A stretch of DNA of 64,000 nt from Trichodelitschia bisporula (Eukaryota). Numbering within the stretch: the first letter of the stretch is position 1; each line of letters begins with the position of its first letter. The translations under genes were made by a program, and so were the position numbers. A model generated the notes under the pieces. The model saw only the letters and a list, made by a program, of their open reading frames with translations. It was not told the DNA's origin and searched no databases. Below are positions 1 to 11,993 of the stretch, piece by piece. The stretch covers positions 254,174 to 318,173 of the forward strand of contig ML996691.1 of the NCBI GenBank assembly GCA_010356995.1, given 5' to 3'.

Positions 1-500
1 CGGCGAGCTGCTGGCTTGATGTCGGGACAAACTCACGCTCCTATCCGAACTCATCCCGTTCTGGGGATATATACCCCGTCTCTCCTCCGCGCATTCAGCA
101 AAATATATACACCTCTCCTTCTCAGTATATACGCTCTTTGCTCGTTGATTAGCCCTCACGGCGTCCATCTCATCCTGATCCACCTATTATATCTTACATA
201 TCCTTCCCAAAGCATGGCAGCTTGCCGCCCCGGGTCGCAGTGTCTGGTCTCTACTATCACCACCAACCCTTTGCGCACCTTCCATTCCGCTCTCCTTCCT
301 ACATTTTCGATTCCTCTTCTCCCGGCCTGGGCATTTGATCCGGGACGTAGTTCGCAGTTCGCGTCCGCCGCGGAGAACTCCTCAGTTTGCAGCGATGGGC
401 GCTTCAGTCATACCGGAGGCACATCTCTCGTGCCGGGGTGAAGAGCCTCTGGAATCTTCCCCTTCGTCTTTCGTTGCCATGTGCCCTTGCATCGATACCT

Positions 501-705
501 CCAAGTTACGGGGTGTGAGCTATCTCATCGTTGATGAGAGGAGATGATTGGGAAACGACAGCTGGCGTGGATTGACCAGCGCCTTCGGCAAGTGTATCCT
601 CCCTCCTCCTCGCTCTTGGTGTAAAAAGCCGGAATGAACCCTTGGGTGGTGTGAATGTCATTCTGTGAGGTGATTTCTACCAACTACCTTCGGGGGCGGA
701 GAAGG
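501..705 (+). pseudogene. Decayed PIF1-family helicase fragment (Helitron-like)
   Basis: Joining frames gives KLRGVSYLIVDE-(frameshift)-MIGKRQLAWIDQRLRQVYP...RNEPLGGVNVIL*GDFYQLP, matching PIF1 motif II (IVDExSM) and motif III (GDFxQLP). It has two frameshifts and an in-frame TGA. Confidence 0.8.
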
Positions 706-3700
706 GCTGGCACAATACTGCCGAAGCAACTCTTGGAACAGATCACAGGGTTTCCGGTCCGTGGACGTGGGTATGTCACCCTCCTCCCCCTCAAGTGCGC
801 TGGACTAACACGGGCAGGAACCGAAGTCACTTGCCACACCCCTGGTTCATTCCCGTGGTTCTTCTCCGGCTGAACGCTGCATCTGGCGCGAAGCCATTCG
901 TCCAGCCACGTTGGGGGGGGGCATCGTGCCCGGGGCATCTCTGTCGTTCGGGCTCAGCCTGGCGGGACGGACCGATTGAGCGCAGGTCCTTGGTGTTGCT
1001 GTCAACTCGGACGTCAACATGCAAGTCAAGATGAATGAGCTAGCTCCTGTCGCTGCGCCCATCTCACCAACACTCTTGCTCTCCACTCTCGTGCTCCACT
1101 CTCGGACTCGACTCTAGTGCCACGCCGCGGCCGCTCCCAAGGCAGATGGGCAGTTAGCTTTCTCTCCATCCCTTGAATTCAACACCTTCTCAGAACCCGC
1201 TCGTAGTACGGCACCTCCCTTGCCTCACTGCAACCAGCAACAGACGGCTCATTTTGCTTCGGTACGAATGTGACTTTCTCTTTTGCTCGAAATTGACGCT
1301 CGCCCTCAATTCTCCAGCAAAATACTTCCAGGACTCCATCTCACGCCTCTATATCAAGGTGAAGGGCAGAATCTTCCTTGTTGAAGGTTTTGGGGATATG
1401 AGCAGCGTCCAAAAGCTATGCCACGAGGTGCTGCGCTGGATGAGGAACACTGGCGGGCCGTGGCGGCTATAGACTGCGATGACGGTGGTAAGATCCTAAA
1501 GGCAAAGATTCAACGCGAGGCTCGGCACCACATCGGCGAGTACGATGAGGAGCATCGTTTGTTTCCCGCGGTTGCCCCCCCGGAGGTCTTATGCATGCTA
1601 TCCTGCAAACGACCGTACGAAGATCTGGCCGGCCTCTGTTCGCGACTGCGCTGGACTCGGGGAGGGTAAGTCGCATAAGGCACGTTTTAATTCTGGTGGG
1701 AGCTAAGCGTTTACAGGCAACCTTCCACAATCTGTTGAACGTAACGAAAGAATGCGACGAAGGACCCTCAGCGCTTCGCCCGAGCTGCATCCGTCAGTAT
1801 CCTGCCTGGGGGACGTACCCCGCCCCCGGAATTGGGGGTTGGGTTTTGGTGACGGTCGACATGAAGAGGACGCCGGGTGAGGCGTCTGCTCAGCAGCCAT
1901 GATGATGTCGGAGCCATTGTGGCCGCGGACTCCTGCGGGTGAGCCCCTATGGCCCCAGCCGAGCTGGTGAAGTTCGGATGAGCCCCGGTATGCGGTTTGC
2001 GGGCTTCGTTGGTCTAGCGGAGGGCGCCGACCGAGAGCGCATACTGGTCTTCGTTCGGGTTGTCGTCGACTGACCTCTTTTCACCATCCACCACCGTCAA
2101 GAACAACTCGCCGCCTGCCTTCCGCTGCGTTTCTGCAGGACCACTCCGATCTCACGCCGTTCCTGGTGCGAACCAATCGGCCCCGGCCTCGCTCGGAGAG
2201 AGTGTCCTCCACTATCCATAGCACACCTGCATGATGCGGGTTGAGGCACTGGCTGCTCCGAGTTATTCTTGCGCTTTTTGGCGGGAGCAGCCGCGGTATC
2301 CATTGGGAGGACACGCTTTTGGAGCCATTGCAACTCAGATTCGAACTCTTCCTGGGCCTACTCATCTGTGGATCTCATGCAAATACCATTTTCCTGTGAT
2401 CATCTTCTTCTACTTCGATGATATCATTATGCTAGGCGTCCAACTGGATCACCTCTCACGTCTCCGGGATCAAATATCAGGGTTATCCAGGTCGCGAGGA
2501 GCAAAAGCGTCAGCTGTTCATCACTATTCCCCCTGCGTTCACGGACTTCGTCGACGCGAATGCCATCGTACGTTTTTGCCTCAGGATTGGATCTTGCCAG
2601 CTTCCGGCAAGCCTAGCTTACAAAGGGAAATACCAATACCCCTTGACTGGTAGGGAGTCATTCACGAACTCCTGAGCTTGCTGCGCATTGTCAACCTTCT
2701 GGATCTCAAGACGCCGCTTCATGACCGGGCCTTCCATACGCATGAGGAGAAGGATTTCCTTAAGGAGCAAGTGGATCTTGAGATCGAAGACGAGGACTTT
2801 GAGTGTTTCCCATCCGTTCTCTCATTACCGTTCTGCCATCGGAAGAAGCGATATGGCCGGGAGCTCCGTGTCGATGGTCTCGGCGTGGCCATTGTGCGAG
2901 ACTGAATTTGAGAGTACGATTTGCGGGATCGGAGTACCGAGCTGGACCACGGGGGTCCGACTCTGATGACTCTATCTGTTTCGCTCTCTTGCCCGGCTTC
3001 GACGCTCGACGACCCCTCCCCCCCCCTGGACTATCGCGTTCCGACCTGTTTAGCATCAACGCTGGGTCGACCGGCACGGCGCATGGAGAATGACAAACAA
3101 TAAAATTTTGATGTATCTTGCCCCTTCGATACCCCTTTTTCTATGAACATGGGGAGCTCGGCTGGACAGACAACTTCCCTAGGACTCGTGCTGCTGAGGT
3201 CCTGAAGAATACTCAGAAGTTCGACGGTTCCATTGCTCCGGCTGTCGTGCGTGCCTCGATCTTCGCCACCTGTTGATGACAGCTGGGCCGCTGAGTTGCC
3301 ATTTGATCAGCCCATCGACAGCTGGTTCGGAGACCGGGCCTACCGTGAGCACATGAAGAGTAATCTAGTGGTAAGCCAAAGGCCGCAAACATGAAGCCGC
3401 AGGCGTCGGCCTCTGTGGACCATTCCGGCATCCAGCATTGGCGAGAAGAGCTTACGATTCCGGCCATCGGCAGTCACTCGAGACACCATCCTACTCCTGT
3501 TTTTGGCTCCCTCGGCACCCCCAATGGCTCCGTAGCCCCGTCAGACACTGCGGTCGCGCCCGCTAAAAAGCGCAAGAACGGTTCGAACTAGCGAATGCCT
3601 CCCCCTTGCGTCATGCCATTGCGCGTTGCGAAGAGGCGGCTGGCGGAGACGGAGATCGACAACCAGGACCACTGGCGGGATGCTCGGAACAGCCGCATGC

Positions 3701-6700
3701 CGCGCGAGGGAGTGCTTCTGCCCGGGTACCGTACTGCGGAAGGGATTTGGTTCCGGTGGCATTGCGGTTTGGCGCACTTGTTCGTACTAGCGGGCCGCCT
3801 GGGTAGGGTGGGCATACGCAAGTTCATGATGCTGTCATTGACCGTTCGGCGTCACGCAGAGACGAACTACGAGATCTACGCGTTAGCTCTGGTTGTCGTT
3901 TCGTAGGCATGCACCATCACAATATAATTACGACGTAAGCTCACTCCCCAGCTTTCCGGGTGGCATGCTCGCTTCACTGTGGAGCTCAGTTCCCCAATGT
4001 TTCACTCAGTTCCCCGATGTTTCACTCTGTACCCATGAGTGCTTCAATCGCGGGCGCCATACAGTCTCCGACGAAGACGCGTTCGCGATGGGCTTCCATC
4101 TTTGAAGCTCAAGAGGCCGCGCTTTTGCCTCTCTCGTCTGTCCAACTGTTCTGATGGGTTCACCTGCCGCCATCAACCGTTCCCTGGGTTGAAAACCCAA
4201 TCACAGCGAGATCTAAGGGCCGACCCAAAGGGACTACAAACGCCGCACTCGCGAGCCAGCGAGCAGCCTCAGGCAGGGACCCCCGCCAGTTAGGTTGCAA
4301 GTTCAGCACCGCATGCGCCCCGAGCGCTTCTCCGCAGAAGAGCTGGAGCGTGAGACGGTCCTGCTCGAGGCAGACCCGGAGATTATCAGTGGGGATCGAG
4401 CGGTCATGACTGGGCGGAAGGTGATGCGGTACTGAGCGATGTCTTTGCCACCTCCCATGGCGTCGTTGGGCGTGCTGCGCGGAACAGTAAGGCCCTACGT
4501 TGAGGAGGGGCAGACGTGTCGGATGTCACATATCTGCCCGACGGACATTGGAGACGAAGAAGCCAAGGGTGGCGGCTGTATGGTGAGTTTCCGGCGTCAA
4601 TGCTAAGAGGGTTAGCTAACGGAAGCCAGTGCACCGGAAGTTTGAAGTGCTCGCAGCAGATATGATACCATGTATATAGGTCTTCTCAGCCGCCATCCAG
4701 CCAACGGCGTCACCCGCGCGGGCGGGCTGATATGGTAGGCCTGATACTCCCCGCGTCGCATGAAGCTGACCGCTCCCTGTCCACGCGGCACCGCCCGCAC
4801 CTTCTGAAAAGACATTTAAGAAACCCAATGTCATCCGTGGGACCGCCGTGCACGGCGAGGATGAAAGCTCGGATGAGGACGAGGATCACGATGACACCCA
4901 GCCTATTCGGAAGTGTGGACGTCCCTCCTACGGGTATTCCAGTGGCTATGTCTTGCAGCTTAGACTCAGATGTCGAACCTAACGAAGAAGTCGGCTAAAG
5001 CGCACGATCGCCTGCCGCATCACCTACGCATGTTTCGGTGGCTGTTACACTTAGGAACAAGTGCGGCCACTTCTTCAGGGAGATCTGTGGAGGAAACTCA
5101 GAATACGCGCGGTGGCATGGCGAGTGCCCATTATTGATGCTAGGAGTTTCGGCTAACGGGGAAGCAGTCAATCTCGCGGTTAGAGTTCTTGCGAGCAGAT
5201 CTGCCCCGATGGCGGCACCAACCAGGGCTCGCGATATTCGTCCGGGAAGCACAGGCTCGACGGCGACTCGGGATCCGATACCGATGATGACGCTGAAGCC
5301 AACCGGCGTAATCGAGACCGCTCCGTCGCCATTCCCGCCCGCAAGGCCGCCACCCAGCCAACATCCAGCGACCTTCCCGTCCGCAAAACTAGAGCCCCGT
5401 CTCAGCTTCTCGACAGTCTTCCCACAGCACCAATGACGCGCCCAAGGCCGACGTACCGGGGCCTGCTCTATGGCGACTTCCATGCCCATGACAGCAGGTG
5501 GGCTCGGTGTCTGCAACCCGTACAACGCCTGCAACATGCAGCTTGAGAAGGTCGCCTCACGGCAGAAGGTTTCGCTACCATTCTTTGCTCAGACCGGAGA
5601 GCCGCCTTCAGTCACGACAGCTATCAGAATATACAACGGCGCGCATCCTCAACTACTTCCCTGGGTACAATATAAAGACAGCGCTTGAGACCCCGACGAC
5701 CCCCGGGCCGTCGCCATGCAGCCCATCACCGCCCGTGATTCCCATGCCGTGGGATTCACCGTATCCCGGGAGAAATCATCAACATGGTCCTCTCCCAGCT
5801 CCCAGGCCACTCGCACCCCGCCCTCACCCTCGCCTCATGCACCCTCTGCCTCCGCCCCCACCCCCTCATCATCCTTCTCACCCTCTCACCTTCTGCGCCA
5901 TGAGCAAACGGTTCCAAGCCGGCCGCCTCGTCTCACCAGTCGCAGGAAGCCGCAAAGAAACGCCAGAAGCGTAACCAGGAGAGCGGAGCGCCATCGCAGG
6001 CTTCAGAAGAGAAGAAGTTGAAGGATCCCGCTGCACTTCGATTCCGGAAAGAGCGGCCGCATCGAGGAACGGATGAAGGACCAGGCTCGTACACCGAGAT
6101 ACAGGGTGTTAGAGGGGGTGCCGTACTTTCCAGTCTTTGCTTTCTTTTTTTTCCCGCCGGCCCGGGAGCAATCGTTCTTGCGGCTTGCGATATATACTTC
6201 CCCTATATACTCTCCGCTTGGCACGACCGCGTCTGGACGTCGTCGAGGCCGAAGTGCACAAGCGCACGCCGCCACCTCACTGATCCCGGTCATCACCGTC
6301 TCGAGCGTCACGCGCGGTAGGCGCAGTTCGCGAGGGACCTCCGCCCCGCAGCTCCACGGTGCTCTCCAAGCCGCGAGCAGATCCATAGCCACACCGACGC
6401 TCAATCAGTTATATCCCGACAGTCTTTTTGGACACTACCGCCTGACACACCTCCGCCGCCCGGTCTGATGAACTGCATTCGCGTTCAGCAGCGCATCCAC
6501 GTGCGGAAGATCTCGATTCGCGTTGGCATTTCAGCACTTTCAGCCGCTCGATCCAACTGCCATCGCCGGAAATTCCAAATATTCTTGTGAGTTCCCTCCC
6601 ATGCCCACCCCCAAGGCGCCGCCCACCTCGTCTGATAACGGAAAGGAACACGGATTTATCAAGTCACGAGGGAGCCCACGGCCCCGAGATCATACCGACA

Positions 6701-7283
6701 CGCCTGACCCATTTGCTGCTCGGACCGATGACTCCCGAGCACGCCATGGGCGAAGCCAAAGCCGTTGAAAAGCGACCGCGCGAGAGGCCACCTGGGACCG
6801 AGAAGAGCGCCGCTCCATCAATAGCCCTCAGCCGGGCTGAGCTCCGCCAGTAGATGGCAACGCCGTGCGCTACGAGTTACCGCGGCTCGGGATCGCCTGG
6901 TGTGGGGCAAGGAGGTGGATCAGATCTGCCACGCTGTCACAGAGAACTACGACTCCGGCGGGTCGTCTATAGGCAAACCTTCGCGTGAGTATTGGAGGGG
7001 GTCATCGGAAGAAGCTTGCGTGCATAAGAGACATGGTGCAGGTGAGCGGCGTTGATGAGGCCCTTAGGAGCACCCGGGACCCGGACAGCGCTGTGTGTAG
7101 CTCTATGTTGTGCACAGCGACCTGGGTTGCTGGCCGCCGCTGACGAGTATGGCGTTGGAGGAGGATGATGGAGGGTCAAATACTCGTGCGTGCGGCGGGG
7201 GCGACGGGGGGTTCAGTGTGACAACGATCCTCAGCCGTTCATACATGCATATCATCATCTACTCGCCCCCCCCCCCCACCCCC

Positions 7284-9090
7284 CTACCACGCGGTCCTAA
7301 CCAAATGCGCCTCCGTATTAAACACCCAATCCCCCACCCACCCATCCCCATTCGGATTAACCTGCCACTCCCCCTCCTCCACAAAAATCAAATACGCATA
7401 CTTCAACACCTCCGCAAAAAAAAAGCTCTCTTGGTTATTATACGCAAAAGATCCTCCTCCAACCTTATTCACATCCTTGATCATGGTGAACCCGCTCCCC
7501 ACCCGCGTCGTTTCGTTGATCGCGACTATCGCCTCCCACGCCCATTCTTGGTATTTGGGGTCTCCGGTCGCGCGGTACGCGTAGTAGTACGATTCTAGGA
7601 CTTCGGGCCGCAGGTCGTAGGTGGGGTTTTCGAGCCAGAATCCGTTCTTCGCATAGAAATCGGCTTGGGCGGCGGGGACTACGCAGCTCACTGCCGCCGC
7701 GGCCTCGTTGTGTGCGACTCGCACGTTGCCCGTGACTGTCGGTGCGGCGGGCGCGACGCGGTACGGCGACGTCGCGGCCGCTTTGAGGAGGGGGTCGTCG
7801 CGCTTGACCGGGCCTTTCGGCGGCAGCGGCGCTTTCGTCGTGATGTTCGTCCCGCAGGATGCAGGGAGCCAGTTGAACACCTCAGGCCCGATGTGCGAGG
7901 CGGTGGCGGCGTACGTCGCACGACAACCGTCCACAAGCTGCAAACCAAAATCACGATATCCCTCATTACGAAGGGCAAGCCCAGCGAGAATGAAGTTCCC
8001 CCCGTTGAAGCACGCCAGGTGCTCGGACTGGTACTGCAAATTCTTGCCATCCCAGGCCGCGAGGAAAGTCAGATCAGGCCGGCTGCTGGGATGCGAAGCG
8101 AGGAATGTTATTGAGGAATCGGCGGCCGCGATCCAGCGGTCACGGTACTTGCGGAAGCGCAGCGGGTCGTAGACGAACATCTTGATCAGGTACTCGTAGA
8201 AGGAGTCGTCGCCGCCGCCCCAGCCGCCGGACGCGTCTTGGAACTTCCCGTCTGCGAGGCTGACGTAGGTGCCTACGAGGCCCGGGAAGGGTTCTGAGCT
8301 TGGGGGCTGCGGGTCGAGGAGGAAGGACTCGGCATGTTGGGTCAGGCGGGCGTATTTTGGGTTGCGGAGGAGGTCGGAGAGGCGGGTCCATTCGAGGACG
8401 AGGGTACCGATTGTTGCGAGGCCGTTGGTGAGGTCGCCGGAGCGGGTCTTGTTGGGGGTGAAGAAGACGGTGTTGTCGGGGATGCGGGTTGGGGTGTCGA
8501 AGGCGATGAGGAGGTTGTCGGCCAGGGTTTTGGATTGTGTGAGGAGGGCGTCGATGTTGGAGCGATTGGATACTAGATGTGCGAAGGGGCCGTCGAGGAG
8601 GTCGTACCCTACGACGGTTAGGAAGATACGCTAGCGTAGGGCTGGCCTACCGGAGAGCATGCCGCCGAGGTAACGGATCGTTGTCTCGAACACGGATATT
8701 TCGTCCATTGGCCTTTTTGTGGCACTGAAATTGATGGTCGGAATGTAATTTGTGATGTTGGTGACGACCTCGGGAAGCTCCATCAGTATAGCTGTACTCA
8801 GAGCATCTACCGCACTTGCTCCCCAGCCGTTTCTAGGGATGTTAGCGTAGGAAGCAACCTTCAGCACTGACGTACCGTGAGTCCCCGAAGCCATTGTCAA
8901 CGGGATGAAGCTCGTCATGCGGAAAGGCGTATTGATAATAGCCTTTCCACGCATGGGTGAAGATCTCCTTGACCGCATCCTGGCGGAACTTGTTGGACTG
9001 GAAAGTGATTTTACTAGCAGTTGGCGGACCAGCCGGAAGCGGGGAAGCAACAGCGAGCGACAAAATCCACAGGAAAATGCCGGTATGCAT
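7284..9090 (-). CDS. Secreted class I alpha-1,2-mannosidase (GH47), 573 aa
   Basis: Exons 9090-8876, 8832-8651 and 8608-7284 have GT..AG borders and preserve frame. Signal-peptide-like [17 protein letters not shown]47 motifs [65 protein letters not shown] and [21 protein letters not shown]. Confidence 0.95.
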
Positions 9091-9709
9091 AGTCAACAGC
9101 TCGTGCAAGATAAATGCAAAAGGAGCGAATGAAAGGAGGCAAGGCGCAGTGCAACGAACGACACGGCTCCTCGATGCAGAAATGAACAGAAGGCGGAAAC
9201 GACTGAAGGCCTTCTGCAGATCAAAAGGTAGGGAAATCTCTACACTTATTAGGTCCGGGTGGAGATGGCCGCATGGATCATGGGCTGTCGTGTCGTCTGG
9301 TACGCGTACTACAAATGAAGCTCCTCTGACGTTATTAACCTATGCTAGGACAAGCATGGGGCGCACTAGCAAATGAGGTGCGCATGATTGGAGGTCGTGA
9401 CTTGGACATTGCCGTTTTAGGAGGTGCAGGAATGCTGTGTCTTTTAATGCTGCCAGATGCCGCGCTATGAAATCGCATGCCCAATCCCCTCACGCGACCC
9501 CGTCCACACGCCGACATGATGCCACGGAAATGGGAACAGCTGCTGCAATCTGCTGAGCCAGTCGATGGATCAAACGCGGGGCACAGGCTCGAGTGAGATT
9601 GCGGATCGACGCTTAGGTCCCCAAAACAGCATCGAATTAAGTGGGTGCGGGCGGGGTACACATTATTTGGCCTTGTGGCCTTCCGAGCCACGGGCCGACC
9701 CACTCAGCC

Positions 9710-11365
9710 TTACTTCCGGCCCTCGATCACCTTCAGTACATCTGCCACACTGTTCTTGTCCCCCTTGCGCTTCTTGGGCCCGCGCTTCCGCTTCTTTGCC
9801 CCTTTCTCTCTACCTTCCTCTTCGTCTTCATCTTCCGCGCCCAAGCCTTTCCACTTCGCCAGCTTGAACTTACCGCCCTCGGTCGCCATCTCCTCCGCAT
9901 CGTCGAACCGGCTCGATCCGAACCCGAGATCCATGTCCTCCAGATCGCGGTCCTGTCCGGAAAGTATTGCTGCTTTGCGCTTGAGCCGCGATTCCTCGCT
10001 CGTGCTAGCAGAGTTGTCGGTGAACTTGGAGGCATCGATCTTGCGCGACTGCGAGAGTGCCGCAAGGAGGTCGGCATCTTTGAGAGGATTGACGGCGTTG
10101 GCTAAAACAGAGAGAGTAGAAGGGTCGTCGTTGAAGTAGTTCCGGGGTAACGGCACAGGTTTTGCTTCGATGTCTGGTTTGATATCATCCTGTTCCGATG
10201 CAGGGGATGGGGATCCAGTGGCATCGCGCGCAAGTGACGGAGATTGTGATGTGTTCTTCGCAGGTAGTGGGTGGTCCTCGTTTAGGGCTAACTGCGGCGC
10301 TTTATCGTCCGTTTCACCCTCATCAGACGATGCGCTGTCATCCTCCTCCAGACCGGCGAGTGGGTCATATTCCGTTCCCACACCACCGAAGATGTCGTCT
10401 TCGTCACTATCCGGAGGCGGCGGCTTCACCGGCTCAGGCATAACAACGTCCGCATCCAGCGGCTTCGCTTCCGGGTCCACCTGGGGCAGCTCCGGTTCAG
10501 GTCTATTCTTGCGAACCTTCCGCTTGACGTTGCCTTCCGCGTCCGTGATGACCATTACTTCCCGTCCACGTGCGTCGCGCTCCATTGTGACTGATTCCTT
10601 CTTGTCCGTGATCTTGCGGAACTTGTCGTTGAGCTGTAGCGCCGCAACCTTGGCCTCTCGATCTCTTTGTCGTTGCGCCTTGAGATCTGCAAGTATCTGG
10701 TTTCGTGTGCGCTTGACGCCCGCAACGTCTCCAAGGGGTGGCGGTGCCATATCGCCCTTCTTGGCCTTCTCTTCGCGCGCGACGGCGACGACCTCCGCCT
10801 TCTCCAGCTGCTCGAATTCGTCATCCAGCTCCTCTTCCTTAGCCGGTTCCTCTTCCTTCTCCTCCTTCTCCTCCTCCTCCCTCCAAACATCCTCCCCCCT
10901 CTTCGCCCTCTCAAGCAACTTCCAATCTAGCCCTTTGACCAAATACGTACTCCCAACATCCCCCCCCGCAATCGCCTCCCTCGAAGCCACAAACTCCTCC
11001 TCTGTCATCTCCCCCTTCTTAAACCCCTCCTCCAACGCCTTAATCCGCCCCGCCTTTTCATCACCCTCAAGATCCACCCTCTCCCTCGTCCGATCCGTAT
11101 AACCCGACGCCAACCTCGAGCCCTTGGGCGCAGCAGACCGGAACCGGTTCGCAGGTTTGTCGGCAGCGGTGCCATCACGCTCGGCCAGCTGGCGCGCAAA
11201 GTCGACGCCGGGGCCGCCGCGTACCGAGCGCGGTGTCATAGGGATCGAGGATTTGAGGCGCGAGCCGAGGGCGGTGGGTTTGGGGGTTGCGCTGGTGGTG
11301 GATGGGGTGCCGGCCGGCTTGGGCGTGTTGGCGCCGAGTAGGCGCCGGAATTGCTCGTTGTTCAT
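9710..11365 (-). CDS. RED-like (RED_N domain) nuclear/spliceosomal protein, 551 aa
   Basis: Single ORF with N-terminal MNNEQFRRLL, GYTDRTRER and GGDVGSTYLVKGLDWKLLE typical of RED_N proteins. Acidic/basic low-complexity tail with an NLS-like KKRKRGPKKRKGDK. Confidence 0.8.
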   Translation of the reverse strand: MNNEQFRRLLGANTPKPAGTPSTTSATPKPTALGSRLKSSIPMTPRSVRGGPGVDFARQLAERDGTAADKPANRFRSAAPKGSRLASGYTDRTRERVDLEGDEKAGRIKALEEGFKKGEMTEEEFVASREAIAGGDVGSTYLVKGLDWKLLERAKRGEDVWREEEEKEEKEEEPAKEEELDDEFEQLEKAEVVAVAREEKAKKGDMAPPPLGDVAGVKRTRNQILADLKAQRQRDREAKVAALQLNDKFRKITDKKESVTMERDARGREVMVITDAEGNVKRKVRKNRPEPELPQVDPEAKPLDADVVMPEPVKPPPPDSDEDDIFGGVGTEYDPLAGLEEDDSASSDEGETDDKAPQLALNEDHPLPAKNTSQSPSLARDATGSPSPASEQDDIKPDIEAKPVPLPRNYFNDDPSTLSVLANAVNPLKDADLLAALSQSRKIDASKFTDNSASTSEESRLKRKAAILSGQDRDLEDMDLGFGSSRFDDAEEMATEGGKFKLAKWKGLGAEDEDEEEGREKGAKKRKRGPKKRKGDKNSVADVLKVIEGRK

Positions 11366-11993
11366 CGTGAGGTGTGGAGGGGGGAGGTGGGAAGGTGAAG
11401 GGTTGGATGGGTTGGTGGACTTGTCGCGGTTTGGGAAGGCGATGAGGTCGCGGTGGCTTGGGGGTGTGGCGTTTTTGGACTGTGCGCCAACTTTTGCCTA
11501 AGGCACGAATTACAAATTCACGTGATAAGGCTGGAGATGACGAACGTCCGATCGTAGACAGCCAAATGGGAAGATTGAAGGACAAACGGATGAGACTTCT
11601 GGAGAGTCAATTACACTTTTTCCGTTTGCTGCGTTTGTGGGCTCACCGGAGGGTTGACGTGTCTTTCACCCACATGTGTTCACAGAAGAGTATATAACTG
11701 AACAGTCTCAGCCTCTTCACCATTCGTAGAGACGTTCACAGACACCTAGTGACGAGCTATAATGTAACGTATAGCAATGGCTGTGACAAGCAGGTCTCTT
11801 CACAGCCAGGGAGGGGTATATATTCCAAGAAACCGCCGGTAAACGAAACCCCCTCATCAGCATCGTCTACATCCACAAAACAGCCGACCATATCAGCATT
11901 GCAGCCTTTTCTATCTTCCAGTACGACGGCCATTTGGCTCACCTTTTCATCAGTACTATCTTCCCAATTCATACATCTCGAATTATAGTCAGG

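Noticed and set aside
5498..6853. Pro-rich and other short ORFs as real genes
   Set aside because: Low complexity, no consistent splice model, and no recognisable domain.
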